DNA of 64,000 nucleotides from Lytechinus pictus (lineage: Eukaryota): assembly GCF_037042905.1 (NCBI RefSeq), contig NC_087252.1:19470001-19534000 (forward strand). The letters are read 5' to 3'. This document shows positions 12,501 through 22,552 of the stretch, one piece after another. The notes beneath the pieces were generated by a model. It did not search any database and was not told where the DNA came from. It saw only the letters and a list, made by a program, of their open reading frames with translations. Positions within the stretch are counted from its first letter, which is position 1. Every line of letters starts with the position of its first letter. The translations under genes and the position numbers were made by a program.

Positions 12501-14650
12501 CATCCTCTGTTATAACACCATACTCTTCAATATCTGCCAACTGTTCATATCAAAATAGGAATATTCCTATTTTGGAGAAAAGAAAATTGCCATTTTAAGC
12601 TATGTGTTCCTACATGCAGGTTTGTACAAATTTGCCTGTTGTATTCAATAGGAAATTTAGGAAAGTTTCTGTTTTTGACATTTTTTTAATAGTTCCTATT
12701 TCTTGACTGTCAGGGTTGGCAGGTAGAGTGTTCCTTTCTGAAACTTATATTGTTTGTGCGACACTTATTTAATGGAAAAAAAATCAAAACAACTTATAGA
12801 TGGGGTCTCTTAGAACAATCTTTGTTGACTTTATGTAATCTTTATTATGTATGCCCATTCCACTCTTAATGTATATATTTATTCTTTTGAAGAGAAGGAA
12901 ACAAGTGTAAACATTGTTAGAGTAAGATCATGGTTCAAACTTACCACTTGATACTTGTGTGTAACGGAAGATTTTTTTAGCTGTATTTTTGAGCATGAAA
13001 TATCAATAAAGTGATGCTAGGGGTAGTTTTGTGAGATTTGCAGAAATGCATGACTCTTGTTAATGTGGCATCTTACAGGTAGTTTCAAGAAATTATTCAT
13101 TTGGAGAGATTATACACAAGTGATCAAGGGACAAATTTGATAGTTTTGGTTATGTGTGATTGTTTCTTGCCCATGAACTATTATTTCAGATGGCAACAGG
13201 CTGATTTTCGATACTAAAAGTAGATATATCTTGAATTTGTGGTCAGAAAATAAATGTACTGTACTAGGGTGGACTAATTAATGATTTAGGACAATTGAAA
13301 AATTAATTGATTATACTTTCAACATATTGTATGATGTTCATAAGGGCAATTCCAAGGAAACACTGACACCTACTTGATATGATTTTTTTCATAAAGTCAG
13401 ATACCATTCAGTTGGAAAAATATAAAGATCATTACTGACTTTTCTCCCTCTTCCACTTGTAGTTCACAAGTACACCAAGTGGCGGAAATGTGACGAGCAG
13501 CAACTGTTCAGGCACTTTGACAACTATCTGAAGGGAAAGGGTGGCAAGAAGCTGCCAGGTACATGTATGTCCTTTGGGTATATTTCTGACATAAGAATGT
13601 GTAGTTCTTCAAGCACTTACTGATGCTTTGAAAACAGGTGTTAGACGAACAACATATTGTCAATTTGTTTATAGTCATGCACCACAAGCTCGTCTACTGT
13701 TGTGTTGCATGGTGATTCTACCTTCAGAAGTGTACTTCTAACTTTGAAAACAGATATCCCCTCATGTATCACTTTTAATGAGTCATTGTATCTAGCATTC
13801 TGTTATTTCCATGGTAGTCAGGCTTATTCTTCTGAGTATAAAATCTTTTATTTGGAACAAAGATGTAGACATGTCACAAGTTTTGACCAAAATATGGACA
13901 TTTTCCCCCCAAACTGTTCAAAAATATAAATTCTGTATTGACTTTGTACAGGCAATGCCAATTTTGCCCCCTAAGAATTTATGTTTTTAACACCACCATT
14001 GCTCAGGCAATCACTTTTTAATCATAAAACATAATTTGCCTTGATTTGGTACGCAATATGAAGTCGTATACCAGGTGTTGACAAAATTATTACCATATTT
14101 CGAAAGTAAGCTCTAAAAACTGAATTTTCACATTCATTTTGTATACATGTATTTGGTGCCGCTTCCAACACCCCTGACTTTACACTAAAAAAGTGTCTTA
14201 ACTCTAGTTACATGTTATCTTTAGATAACTATGAAACTTTACATTCTATCATCATGTTAATACAGTTTTAACCTCTTCCCTATGGGAACCGGGTGGGCCC
14301 TGTACAAAGTCTATGGGATTTTTAAATCTTGTAGTAAATGGGTTAATATGATACCAAACTTGATATGGGAGCCTCTGTGGTTCTGATAAAATCAAGAAAA
14401 GCTTCTGTTTGAACGCACAAAATGTAACAAAGCAATCCTTCTGGAGGGCGATTCACCCCACATGACTTAACATAAATGACATAAAATTGTACGTGAAGCA
14501 AACTCTTTTTTTTTGTCATATCAAGGGAAAAAAGAGATTATCGCCTTCCTGCAAAGACATGCGTCATTTCCTCATGGCATCGACACCATACACAACAAGA
14601 TGATGAATGAGGTGTACAAGAGATCAAACAAGTGCCTTCCTGTTGTTTGA
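396..14650 (+). CDS. Multi-exon gene, 5'-incomplete: SET-domain / zinc-finger-like / tyrosine-recombinase fusion protein (~1290 aa in window)
   Basis: Manually spliced GT-AG exons 396-534, 5926-6121, 6666-9789, 10386-10454, 11819-11887, 12398-12448, 13463-13558, 14526-14650. All junction phases are compatible (2,0,1,1,1,1,1), with no internal stop and a TGA at 14648-14650. SET motifs: GYGLY..LLEYRG / IDA..RWINDD..ELRYDY. YR motifs: FNARRGGE, TGKG, TATKNRH, HLGH..Y. Confidence 0.85.
705..5675 (+). repeat. Tandem array of ~800-bp units (~5 copies) inside the SET-domain intron
   Basis: The anchor aggggaatgggaaacacatttg recurs at ~710, ~1518, ~2315, ~3111 and ~5025. The fourth unit is interrupted by a ~1.1-kb insertion. 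The recurring minus-strand mini-ORFs in the track come from this repeat. Confidence 0.95.
3757..4880 (+). mobile_element. Helentron-associated non-autonomous element (HINE/DINE-1/Tsp/pearl-like)
   Basis: Subterminal inverted repeat GTCTCGCCTGC (3760) / GCAGGCGAGAC (4850), a GGC-rich microsatellite after the 5' IR, internal tandem repeats (catgaaact...ggtcaaaggtca) and a short GC-rich 3' end. Inserted in the T-run of gtatcttgttttgtggata, which is intact in sister units. Confidence 0.75.
5926..6121 (+). CDS. Exon: C-terminal half of SET domain
   Basis: ttttcag|A...GGCAG|gtaagt. Translates IDASDPGCCLARWINDDHKHPNCIIKKVILKNDSSPHLCLFALRELKAGTELRYDYNIQDLPWRQ, with the SET IDA, RxxN and ELxYDY motifs in a KMT5A/SETD8-like spacing. 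Confidence 0.9.
6666..9789 (+). CDS. Large exon: Ser-rich repeats, Cys/His zinc-binding motifs, tyrosine recombinase (Crypton-like) catalytic domain
   Basis: Corresponds to ORF 6642..9830. Acceptor cccag at 6661-6665 is in frame with the SET exon; donor CAG|gtgagt at 9789/9790. Motifs: CIYC-x8-H-x4-H, CGSC..HKRTC, LFNARRGGE (Arg ~9234-9239), QTGKGRHLVPVLF, TATKNRH, FKHLGHS-x7-Y (Tyr 9714-9716). Confidence 0.9.
6710..7185 (+). repeat. Coding minisatellite, 60-bp units alternating in a 120-bp period
   Basis: (LTQPLSSEQSKEATCTSAME-LTQPLSSCESGEASSAVD) x4 in the ORF. Confidence 0.95.
7360..7899 (+). repeat. In-frame 270-bp (90 aa) tandem duplication within the coding exon
   Basis: aacttcagcagcagccccga occurs at 7361 and 7631. 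The peptide KTSAAAPTAP...DALFVTKR is repeated identically. Confidence 0.95.
10386..10454 (+). CDS. Small acidic exon (phase 1-1) of SET-YR gene
   Basis: tgtag|ATGATCAT...CATGCAG|gtgagg; DDHAAQSDADDDDDASGPSLSHA. Confidence 0.7.
10841..11437. mobile_element. Palindromic Tc1/mariner-type MITE, TA TSD
   Basis: ta|CAGGGTGTCCCAGA...TCTGGGACGCACTG|ta with long arms inverted to each other. The empty site is visible in the duplicated intron at ~9905-9930 (gactttttatatcactgaaa). Confidence 0.9.
11819..11887 (+). CDS. Duplicate of the 69-nt acidic exon (phase 1-1)
   Basis: tgtag|ATGATCAT...CATGCAA|gtgagg, inside a duplicated intron/exon block. Its inclusion in the mRNA is uncertain. Confidence 0.5.
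12398..12448 (+). CDS. Small exon (phase 1-1) of SET-YR gene
   Basis: ctgtag|ATACGGCC...AAAAAAG|gtaatt; TASRGKQKMTSALPKK. Confidence 0.6.
13463..13558 (+). CDS. Exon of SET-YR gene, start of C-terminal helical (possibly Myb/SANT-like) domain
   Basis: cttgtag|TTCAC...CTGCCAG|gtacat; VHKYTKWRKCDEQQLFRHFDNYLKGKGGKKLP, containing a W-x3-[DE]E-x2-L pattern. Confidence 0.75.
14526..14650 (+). CDS. Terminal coding exon of SET-YR gene
   Basis: T-rich tract, then atcaag|GGAAA...; GKKEIIAFLQRHASFPHGIDTIHNKMMNEVYKRSNKCLPVV* continues LP-G-KKE from the previous exon. Confidence 0.7.
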
Positions 14651-14808
14651 TTATGAGGGGGCAGATATCTTTTGTTTCTGTAAGTATTTTCAATGGGAAA
14701 TCACAAGCAGTTACGAAGAAATAGGCAGTTGCCTTTGAAAACAGAAAAATCTGCTGTACGTTTGATATTCTGCATTGCTTTTAATTCTTTGTGTACAATC
14801 AAATTTAA

Positions 14809-15411
14809 AGGTCAAGTCCACCTCAGAAAAATGTTGATTTGAATCAATAGAGAAAAATCAGATAAGCACAATGCTAAAAATTTCATCAAAATCGGATGTA
14901 AAATAAGAAAGTTATGACATTTCAAAGTTTCGCTTATTTTTAACAAAATAGTTATATGAACGAGCCAGTGACATCCAAATTAGAGAGTCGATGATGTCAC
15001 TCACTCACTATTTCTTTTGTTTTTTATTGTTTGAATAATACAATATTACAATTTTTACGAATTTGACGATTAGGACCTCATTGCCTGAACCACAAAATGT
15101 TAAAATAATGGAATTCTACGTGTTCAGGGAGGAATGAAACTCCATTTCACATGACAATGACGAGAAAATCAAAATATTTTATATTTCATATAATAAAATA
15201 CAAAAGAAATAGTGAGTGAGTGATGTCATCGGTTCTCTCATTTGCATACCGACCGGGATGCGCATATAACTGTTTTGTGAAATGAAGCGAAACTTTAAAA
15301 TGTCATAACTTTCTTATTTTACATCCGATTTTGATGAAATTTTCAGTGTTATGCTCGTTGAATTTTTCTCTTTTTATTCAAATCAAGTTTTTTTTGGGGT
15401 GGACTTGTCCT
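14809..15411. mobile_element. Kolobok-type MITE, TTAA TSD
   Basis: ttaa|AGGTCAAGTCCACC...GGTGGACTTGTCCT|ttaa with long imperfect TIRs. Same family as 27733 and 53642. Confidence 0.85.
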
Positions 15412-15904
15412 TTAAAAATAAGTGCTGAATATAGGAATTTGAAATATCAAAATTTTCATTGAATATGATGGTATGTCAAATTCACTGCAATGTAATTTTC
15501 TGAACATTTAGAAAAATAGAATTGTATTCCAAGTATAATTATTTTGTCAGATTGACTTATGATGAACACATATTGCTGAGAAAAAGAAACTGCAGTCAGA
15601 TTAAAGGAGCAGAATTTAAACAAATGCTTCTTTTATTTTACAAAAATTAACTCACTCATGTTTTGTAGGCAAGGAAATAAAAGGCAAAGTGCCTTTAAAT
15701 TATCTTTTATAAAGAAACATGCATTTACTAACAAGTTGTGTGTTGCTTACATGTTTTTCAACAATATGAAATACCTTTGGTTAGAAATTACAATTTGTAA
15801 TGATGAAAGGTGCATTTCAATATGTACAGTAGATGTAGAAATGAAGGATGGGGTACTATGGTGAAAATATTTTTGTTGCAAGAAATACTTGCGTCATTTT
15901 ATCT

Positions 15905-17290
15905 TAGGGGAATTCTATGAAAAATGTGTTATAGGGAGAAATATTGAATAGGGGGCATGCTTTCTAGAATAGCGGACACAAAAAAAATGAACTTGGTATT
16001 TGAAAATATTGCAAGGGAATGGGAAACACATTCGTTCACTGAATTTGTTGGAATGACTGGATTAAAAAAATGAATGGCTTAAACAGTATCTAATGGAATT
16101 TTTAAACATTAAGCATCTTTAGGGAGAAATATTATAATCTAGGGGCAATGAATAACTAAATTTTTACTGAAACAAATATTTAGGTATCTGTGAGGAGGAA
16201 AATGTGTTGGTTTGAGAACAGTTTATGCTCTATCATCATAAGAGGCCATTTGAATTTACTGAGATTGGCAAAGTTAAGCAATTCGTACATTAGTAACTAG
16301 ATTTGTCTTTCATAAGCAATTATAAACTTTGTTTATAACTGCATCAAAAGAATTTGAAGGGGTAGTATATTGGAATCACTGTATGGTCATTCAGGCAGGC
16401 AGTCGATCAGTATGTTCTTTGCATATCTTGTAGATCATACTACTTTCTGATTTTCCAATGAATACTCATGAAATTTGACAGATACGCATTTGTCCTGGGG
16501 TGATGATTTGCAAGCCACATAGTGTAAGATTGAAGCAACAGAAATTAAAGAGATTCTTATTTTATTTCCCCAAGATTAGCTCGCTCGTGTATTATTGCAG
16601 ACAAGTAACTTGAAGGAAAAGTGGATTTATATTACATGTATCTTGTTTTGTGGATAAATTAATACTTGCATAAATATGGTATTTAAGGGGAATTCTGTGA
16701 AAAATGTGTTATATGGAGAAATATTGAATAGCGGACATGCTTTGTAGAATAGCAGACACAAAAGGATGAACTTGGTATTTGAAGATATTGCAAGGGGAAT
16801 GGGAAACACATTTGTTTAATGAATTTGTTGGAATGATTTGATTAAAAAATGAATGGCTTAAACAGCATCTAAGGGAATTTCAAAACATAAAGCATCTATA
16901 AGGAGAAATATTATAATCTAGGGGCAGTGAAGAACTGAATTGTTAATGAAACAAATATTTAGGTATCTGTGAGGAGGAAAATGTGTAAGTTTGAGAACAG
17001 TTTATGCTCTATCATAATTTTAGGCCATTTGAATTTACTGAGAGTGCCAAAGTGAAGCAATTTGTACATTAGTAGCTAGACTTATGTTTCATAAGCGATT
17101 AAAAATTTCTTTTTATAACCCCCTCAACGGAATTTGAAGGGGTACAGTATATTGGAATTACTGTGTGGTCAGTTGAGCGGGCAGTCAGTCACTTTATTTC
17201 AAATCTTGCGAGCTGAACTACTTTCTCATTTCAAGCAATGCTCATGAAATTATGGATACATTTGTCTTGTGTTGAAGATGTGCAAGCCAT
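15905..17290 (+). repeat. Further ~1.8 diverged copies of the ~800-bp unit, downstream of the SET-YR gene
   Basis: Same anchors (ggggaattct, gggaatgggaaacaca, ggtcattcaggcaggc) and same orientation as 705-5675. Confidence 0.9.
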
Positions 17291-17680
17291 ATTTTGTTTT
17301 AATTTGTGGAAACCTATGTTCCCAAGGTTATGTCATATTATGGCAGTACAGATTTTTTTTTTTTTTTTGGGGGGGGGGGTGTTGGGATAGAAATATTGTG
17401 GATCATATTACATGTACTTCTTCATTTTTTGAGCAATGATTGGGAAATTTTGCACACACATTTGGACAGTGATATAAATCACCTTCAGTGATATATATCT
17501 TTTTTTATATAACTGTTTTGTTTGTAGGGATTCTTTTTTCATATATAATTAGCATATTGATATAGGATTGTGAAACCATGCACAAAAACTCCAAATTCTA
17601 TATTCAAATTCTATTCATGAAACTATGTAACTATGCACTTTTGTCATTTCTGATCATTATTTTTTTTCTTTTTAACACAG

Positions 17681-17810
17681 ATACCTGACATACTATCATC
17701 CATGCAGATGTGGAGGAGACTACTCAATCTCTCAGGATTGTACTTTGGTGAACATTGAGCATCATGCACTGTTCTCACAACTCCTCTTGTCTGGAAGAGC
17801 AACTTCCTAA
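17681..17810 (+). pseudogene. Possible decayed exon resembling the CSL zinc finger of DNAJC24/DPH4
   Basis: Strong acceptor (ttttttctttttaacacag) followed by YLTYYHPCRCGGDYSISQD, which resembles the Y-x-CRCGG-x-Y-S motif of DPH4-type proteins. The second CxxC is not intact in frame. Confidence 0.4.
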
Positions 17811-20800
17811 GAGTCCTGATAAACTATACAAACTGATACATCAAAGAGATGAGAAAACATTGTAAATGAAATACATGTACAAATAATTGCTGTCAGTGTA
17901 TCAAGATATTGGTAGACCTGAAGACCAACAATTTCATGGCCTGTCCAGTGGAACAGATAAAAAATACACAGAATGACAAAGAGATTCCGAAAGATCTTTT
18001 CTTTTAAGTTTAACATACTGATCTTTATGATTAACAAAATGATTTCATGAACCATGTGATGTTATGGGGAAAGGCATGGCAAGAGTTAGTAAACCTAAAA
18101 AAACATGACTAAGTAAATAAGAGCAAATCATATGCATATGCATGTAAATTAGAACCTGTTTGCAAAGATCACTGTGCTATGTCTCATTTTTATTACATGT
18201 ACATGTATGTATTCTTACAAGTTTCATTGCTGACTGCTTTTCTTTTTTTAAACGTTCTTGTGCATGAAGACGTATCTTGTTTTGTTTCAGAGCTGTAAGA
18301 CCCTGAATACATATAGCTTCAAAAATTAGAATTGTCATTTAAGGATAAATCTTGTGACCTTCTACACAAAGATGAAAGGTCAAAAACTTGATACAACATG
18401 CTTTTCAGGTTCTTCTTAGTGAATACTCATATTTGTCAAATTATCCATCAGGAGCTTTTCCAAAATCCCAAAATTCAGCAAGAACAGTTATGCAGATGAG
18501 TCTTAGTCCTATCTTAGCAACCATTTTAACCTTCACTTGTAAAATGGACTGTTTTTCCATCAGAAATAGCAAAATGAACGAAGTGATGCTAGAGGTAGTT
18601 GTGTGAAATTCCCTAATTACTTGATAGAGATGGCATCTCTGAAAATATCAAGAAATTAATCATTGAGAGAAATAGGGCCAATAATCTGTGCCCTCAGTAC
18701 GCAATAAATTTATTCACAATATACGTACATATGAAGGAAACAAAATTACTGCCATATTCAAACATGTATTTTTTTATTCAATGGAAAATTATTAGAATAA
18801 ATGCAACAAAAAAAAAGTGAATCCCCCTTAAGTCAAAATAGCGTAACTTTTTATGCCTTGCAGACTTAGTCTGGAGGGGGCATGATCAATCCAGCAGGGG
18901 CATCTGTATCATGTGGACACACAACATGTCTAGTTAATGAAAATATTTTGAGCAAAAAGGCTTAGCAGGAGTTGTTTCTACACTTATTGACTAAATTAAA
19001 GTCTTAAATGAGTGAGCAGATGTTGAAGATAAAAGTATTACTTTTCAAAAGTCATTAGAATCACTTTTTGGGTCTGTTAAATAAGACATTTCTGGTATAT
19101 GTAAAGTGTTGTTTATTATATGTTTGTGTTGTGGTCAAGTGAGTACATTGTATCAGTGAAGCAAGAAACACTGAAAATTTGAATGACTACCCAGCATATT
19201 CACACTTGTACTGGTGCATGAATTTTGCAATTTTAGGAATGCTAACAGCACAGTATTTATGATCATCCAAAGTTTAAAAACATGAAAAGTGTCAAGGATA
19301 TCGTAAGGGGGTAAAATTATGTAAGAAACTGAATTTGACAGTCTTGTTTATCAAAGCCCCCAAATGATATGTGACTTTTTTTTTTTTTACTTTAGACTCA
19401 GTGGATCAATCATTTTCACACAGAAGCTAGTCGATACGTGTAGGCGCACTCCTGCTTAGTTATTTTGCTGAAGACATTTTCGTAAATTATGCTATTTTGA
19501 TTGAACGGGAACCTTATCTTTTTGTTGTTTACTTGAAGTAAAGGTAGGGAAGATGTTTAATTTGTTAGTACATGACTTGCAATTGTAATGTTTTGAGTGA
19601 ATTTGAGAAAAAGTAGGCAAAGGGAGTCCATTAAATGATATAAATGATTAAGGGGCACTAGATTTCTTTAAAAAATTACATAGATTCAACATGTTTTCTG
19701 AAAGTAGAGATTGTAAATACTTTTAAAGTGCCATGTTATTGTGAAAAATGTGTTGCTATCATTTTTGTCCACTTTGGAGAAACGTTATGTTATCTTCCTT
19801 TTCAGGTATTTGTATACAACTTGTACAAAACTTATGTGGTAGTGCAAATATTTCTTTGGAAAATAGGCATTTTTTTTTTATCATGAGGATTGTGCAGGAA
19901 CAGTAAAGGCACATTCCAGTACAAAAGTATTTTCCCCTGCATACCGATAACTCTTTCCAGTTGATCCCACACCTCTTTCTAGCTTGTAGACAACAGAAGA
20001 TGCATTTTGTATCTCTCTTAAAAAACAGTTCAACGAAAAGTACAAATGATTGCTTAGAAAATATATTGTACTTCCATCATTGTGAGAAATATTGAATGAT
20101 AGGTAAGTAGGAGAATTGTGTGTTGATTTCACAGTAAAGAGGTTGTTTATGAGAAACTGTTGTGGTCCCCAGACCAGAGGGTCTCTTGTCGTGACACATA
20201 TTTTACCGCAAATGCGGTCTGCTTCTGTGTACCTTAAAACGTTATCTACTGATTTTTCTGAGTTCTTTGATACCTATATGTTTGTTGACATTGTTGGTTT
20301 TGACAGGGATATGAAACCCTTAGGTTTCCCTAGTATGATTATCTGATGTGTTTTGATGCACGGAGAAGAGTTTTTACCTTCAGTGTGTTGAGAAAGTTTT
20401 ATGTTTCTTTGCTGGGCAAAGTGTTTGCTTGAGATTAAAGCAGGAAAAAGAAATCAATTCAAATGGCTCCATTTTGATGGTTTTGTCTTGCAGTATTGGA
20501 TATGATATGCAATGAGATAACTTTTACAAGTCAATTAGTGTTGGTTCCCTGTTAAGACCTTGTCACTTATTAATGAACAGAGTCAACGTATGCCAAACAA
20601 TAAATGTAAATGCAATGAGCAATGTATTGTGCATTCGTCTTGGTGAAGTTCCACATGGGTTGGAGTATGCGTACGATCGGCAGACGACTAAGAAACATAC
20701 ACCTATAGCATGCAAAACGTTCAAACAGCGAATGTATATAGGGGATTGATCAGTAGCCTATATTGCTTATATGCTCAAAATTTTGAACATGTCCAAAATT

Positions 20801-21360
20801 TTGATGAATGCACAGCAATACATTACATTTACAGGTATATTGTCGAATTAATTGTTGGGCATTTGTGGGTTCTATTTACTAATATGTGAAAGGGCCTTTA
20901 TCTAAAGTTGCTGTGTTAATGTTAGTGCACACAGAAAGTGTAAATGTGCTCATCATGATTGTTCTGACGTGTGGTTGAACTAGCTGGAAGAGTGTGCTTA
21001 CTTAATAACTTTTGGTGTTGAAGAAGTATTGTGCCTTGCCATGGGCAAATATGTGTACTGATGAATATTGGCTTCATCTTATTTTTGCTCGAGTAGTGCG
21101 TTTCATCTTTGCAGTTAAGCTCCTATGAAAGGATATATTCTAATATGATTCTTCCAACAGAACCAGCTCAATGGTTTAATGAAATAAGGAGACATATATG
21201 TAATTTTCTGCTTCACTAATAACTTTGCAACATGATGTGAAAATTTGGGTTCAAGGGAGAATCATTCAGTTTGAAAGGGGAATTATTGACAATTTTGGCT
21301 AGGAAAAAGATTTGAAGGGGTAATTAAGGAATACTTGGGCTAAAAGAGCGAAAATATTTC

Positions 21361-21806
21361 AGTCAGTGAAACTCCTCACTTTCCGGGAGAGGCCGTAATC
21401 CCCGACAATTATAGACTTAGAACTTGGCATTACGTAATCTCCACGGATCCCAAATGCTGAGGAGCCAGATCGTACAAAGTGAATGGCAACGACTTAATCG
21501 TTCGTCTCTGACGACCCGTCAATAATAATACATATAAAAAATCATATCGAATACACATCTCCCGTATACAGTCGAGAACTCTAATTTTCTTTCATGTATT
21601 TGCGTAAAAAGATTGGTCTCCATGATGTCTTTTTAACATGCTTTTTTTTTTTTTTTTTTTTTTTACTGGTTCGTCAGAGACGGACAAGTTGTTTCCATTA
21701 ACTTTGTCAGTCGTGCTCAGCATCGAGATCCATCGGCGATTACATAATGCCACGATTTAAGTCTTTTCTGGGGATTACGGCCTCTCCTGGGAAGTCCTGA
21801 CTGACT
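21361..21806. repeat. Imperfect inverted repeat / foldback (~150-bp arms)
   Basis: Left arm agtcagt...ggagaggccgtaatcccc...cgtctctgacga (21361-21515) vs right arm tcgtcagagacg...ggggattacggcctctcc...ctgactgact (21670-21806). Confidence 0.85.
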
Positions 21807-22552
21807 TGGGCTTAAAAGAAATATTTAAAGGGGAAATTGATGACAATTTGTACTCAGAGGAGAAACATATGCATTCCCTGTAGGATGATTAAAGAGGGAA
21901 ATATCGAAATTCCCTTTATTACCCCTGTTATAGTTAAAATCCGCAAAGGGGAATAAATTTTGGTTTGGAAATTCTTATATTTCTTATTCATCAATTTTTG
22001 TTGTTCTTTTGTTGATGAAAGGCCTCCTCCAGTTGATCTTAACACATGATATATCAGAAAGGCCTAAAGTTGTATTGTACGATAGAATTATCATGCTTTT
22101 TATGAAAATTACCCATAACTACCATTTTTTCCGCATTTCCCCGTATGGCTGAAAATAGCGTTATATATATATGTATATGTATATATTATATATATATATA
22201 TATTATAATTTATATATGTAAATTCATTTATGGAATAAAAGATATAATAAAAAAAATCTTGGAGATCATTAATAATTTTTCTTCAATATGTGTACACTGA
22301 TGCAGCACTTGTCGGTTCAATTGCAGTCAATCTTAGTCAAGTGTAGTTTTAACAGTCTTACCAACCTTTTTTGCACGATTTTTTACTATTGACATGTTAT
22401 CAGTTTTTTTAGACTTGTGAATTAACCTACTAAAGTTAAGGCCATCCGATGGAACAGTAAATGTGGAGACAGGTTTTCAAATAGGAAACACTGTTTCGTG
22501 CCTCTAAAGACCCTTTTTCATTATGACCAGGTGGCTACCAAGACATTGTTCA

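Larger units (their letters stand above)
1..22161 (+). mobile_element. Putative large tyrosine-recombinase (Crypton-like) element, left end outside window
   Basis: Encodes a YR protein and carries internal repeats and a subterminal foldback. The sequence switches at 22161/22162 into a (TA)n run, and from there on matches the host intron paralogue at ~46040. The extent is inferred. Confidence 0.55.

Noticed and set aside
705..17290. 800-bp repeats as LTRs of a DIRS/LTR retroelement
   Set aside because: No reverse transcriptase, RNase H or gag was found, the gene has introns, and one SET exon lies outside the repeats.
18822..19510. Weak inverted pair containing aaaatagcgt, which also occurs at the putative terminus (22152-22161)
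   Set aside because: Only a ~10-bp AT-rich match with degenerate arms; cannot be distinguished from an old MITE or chance.
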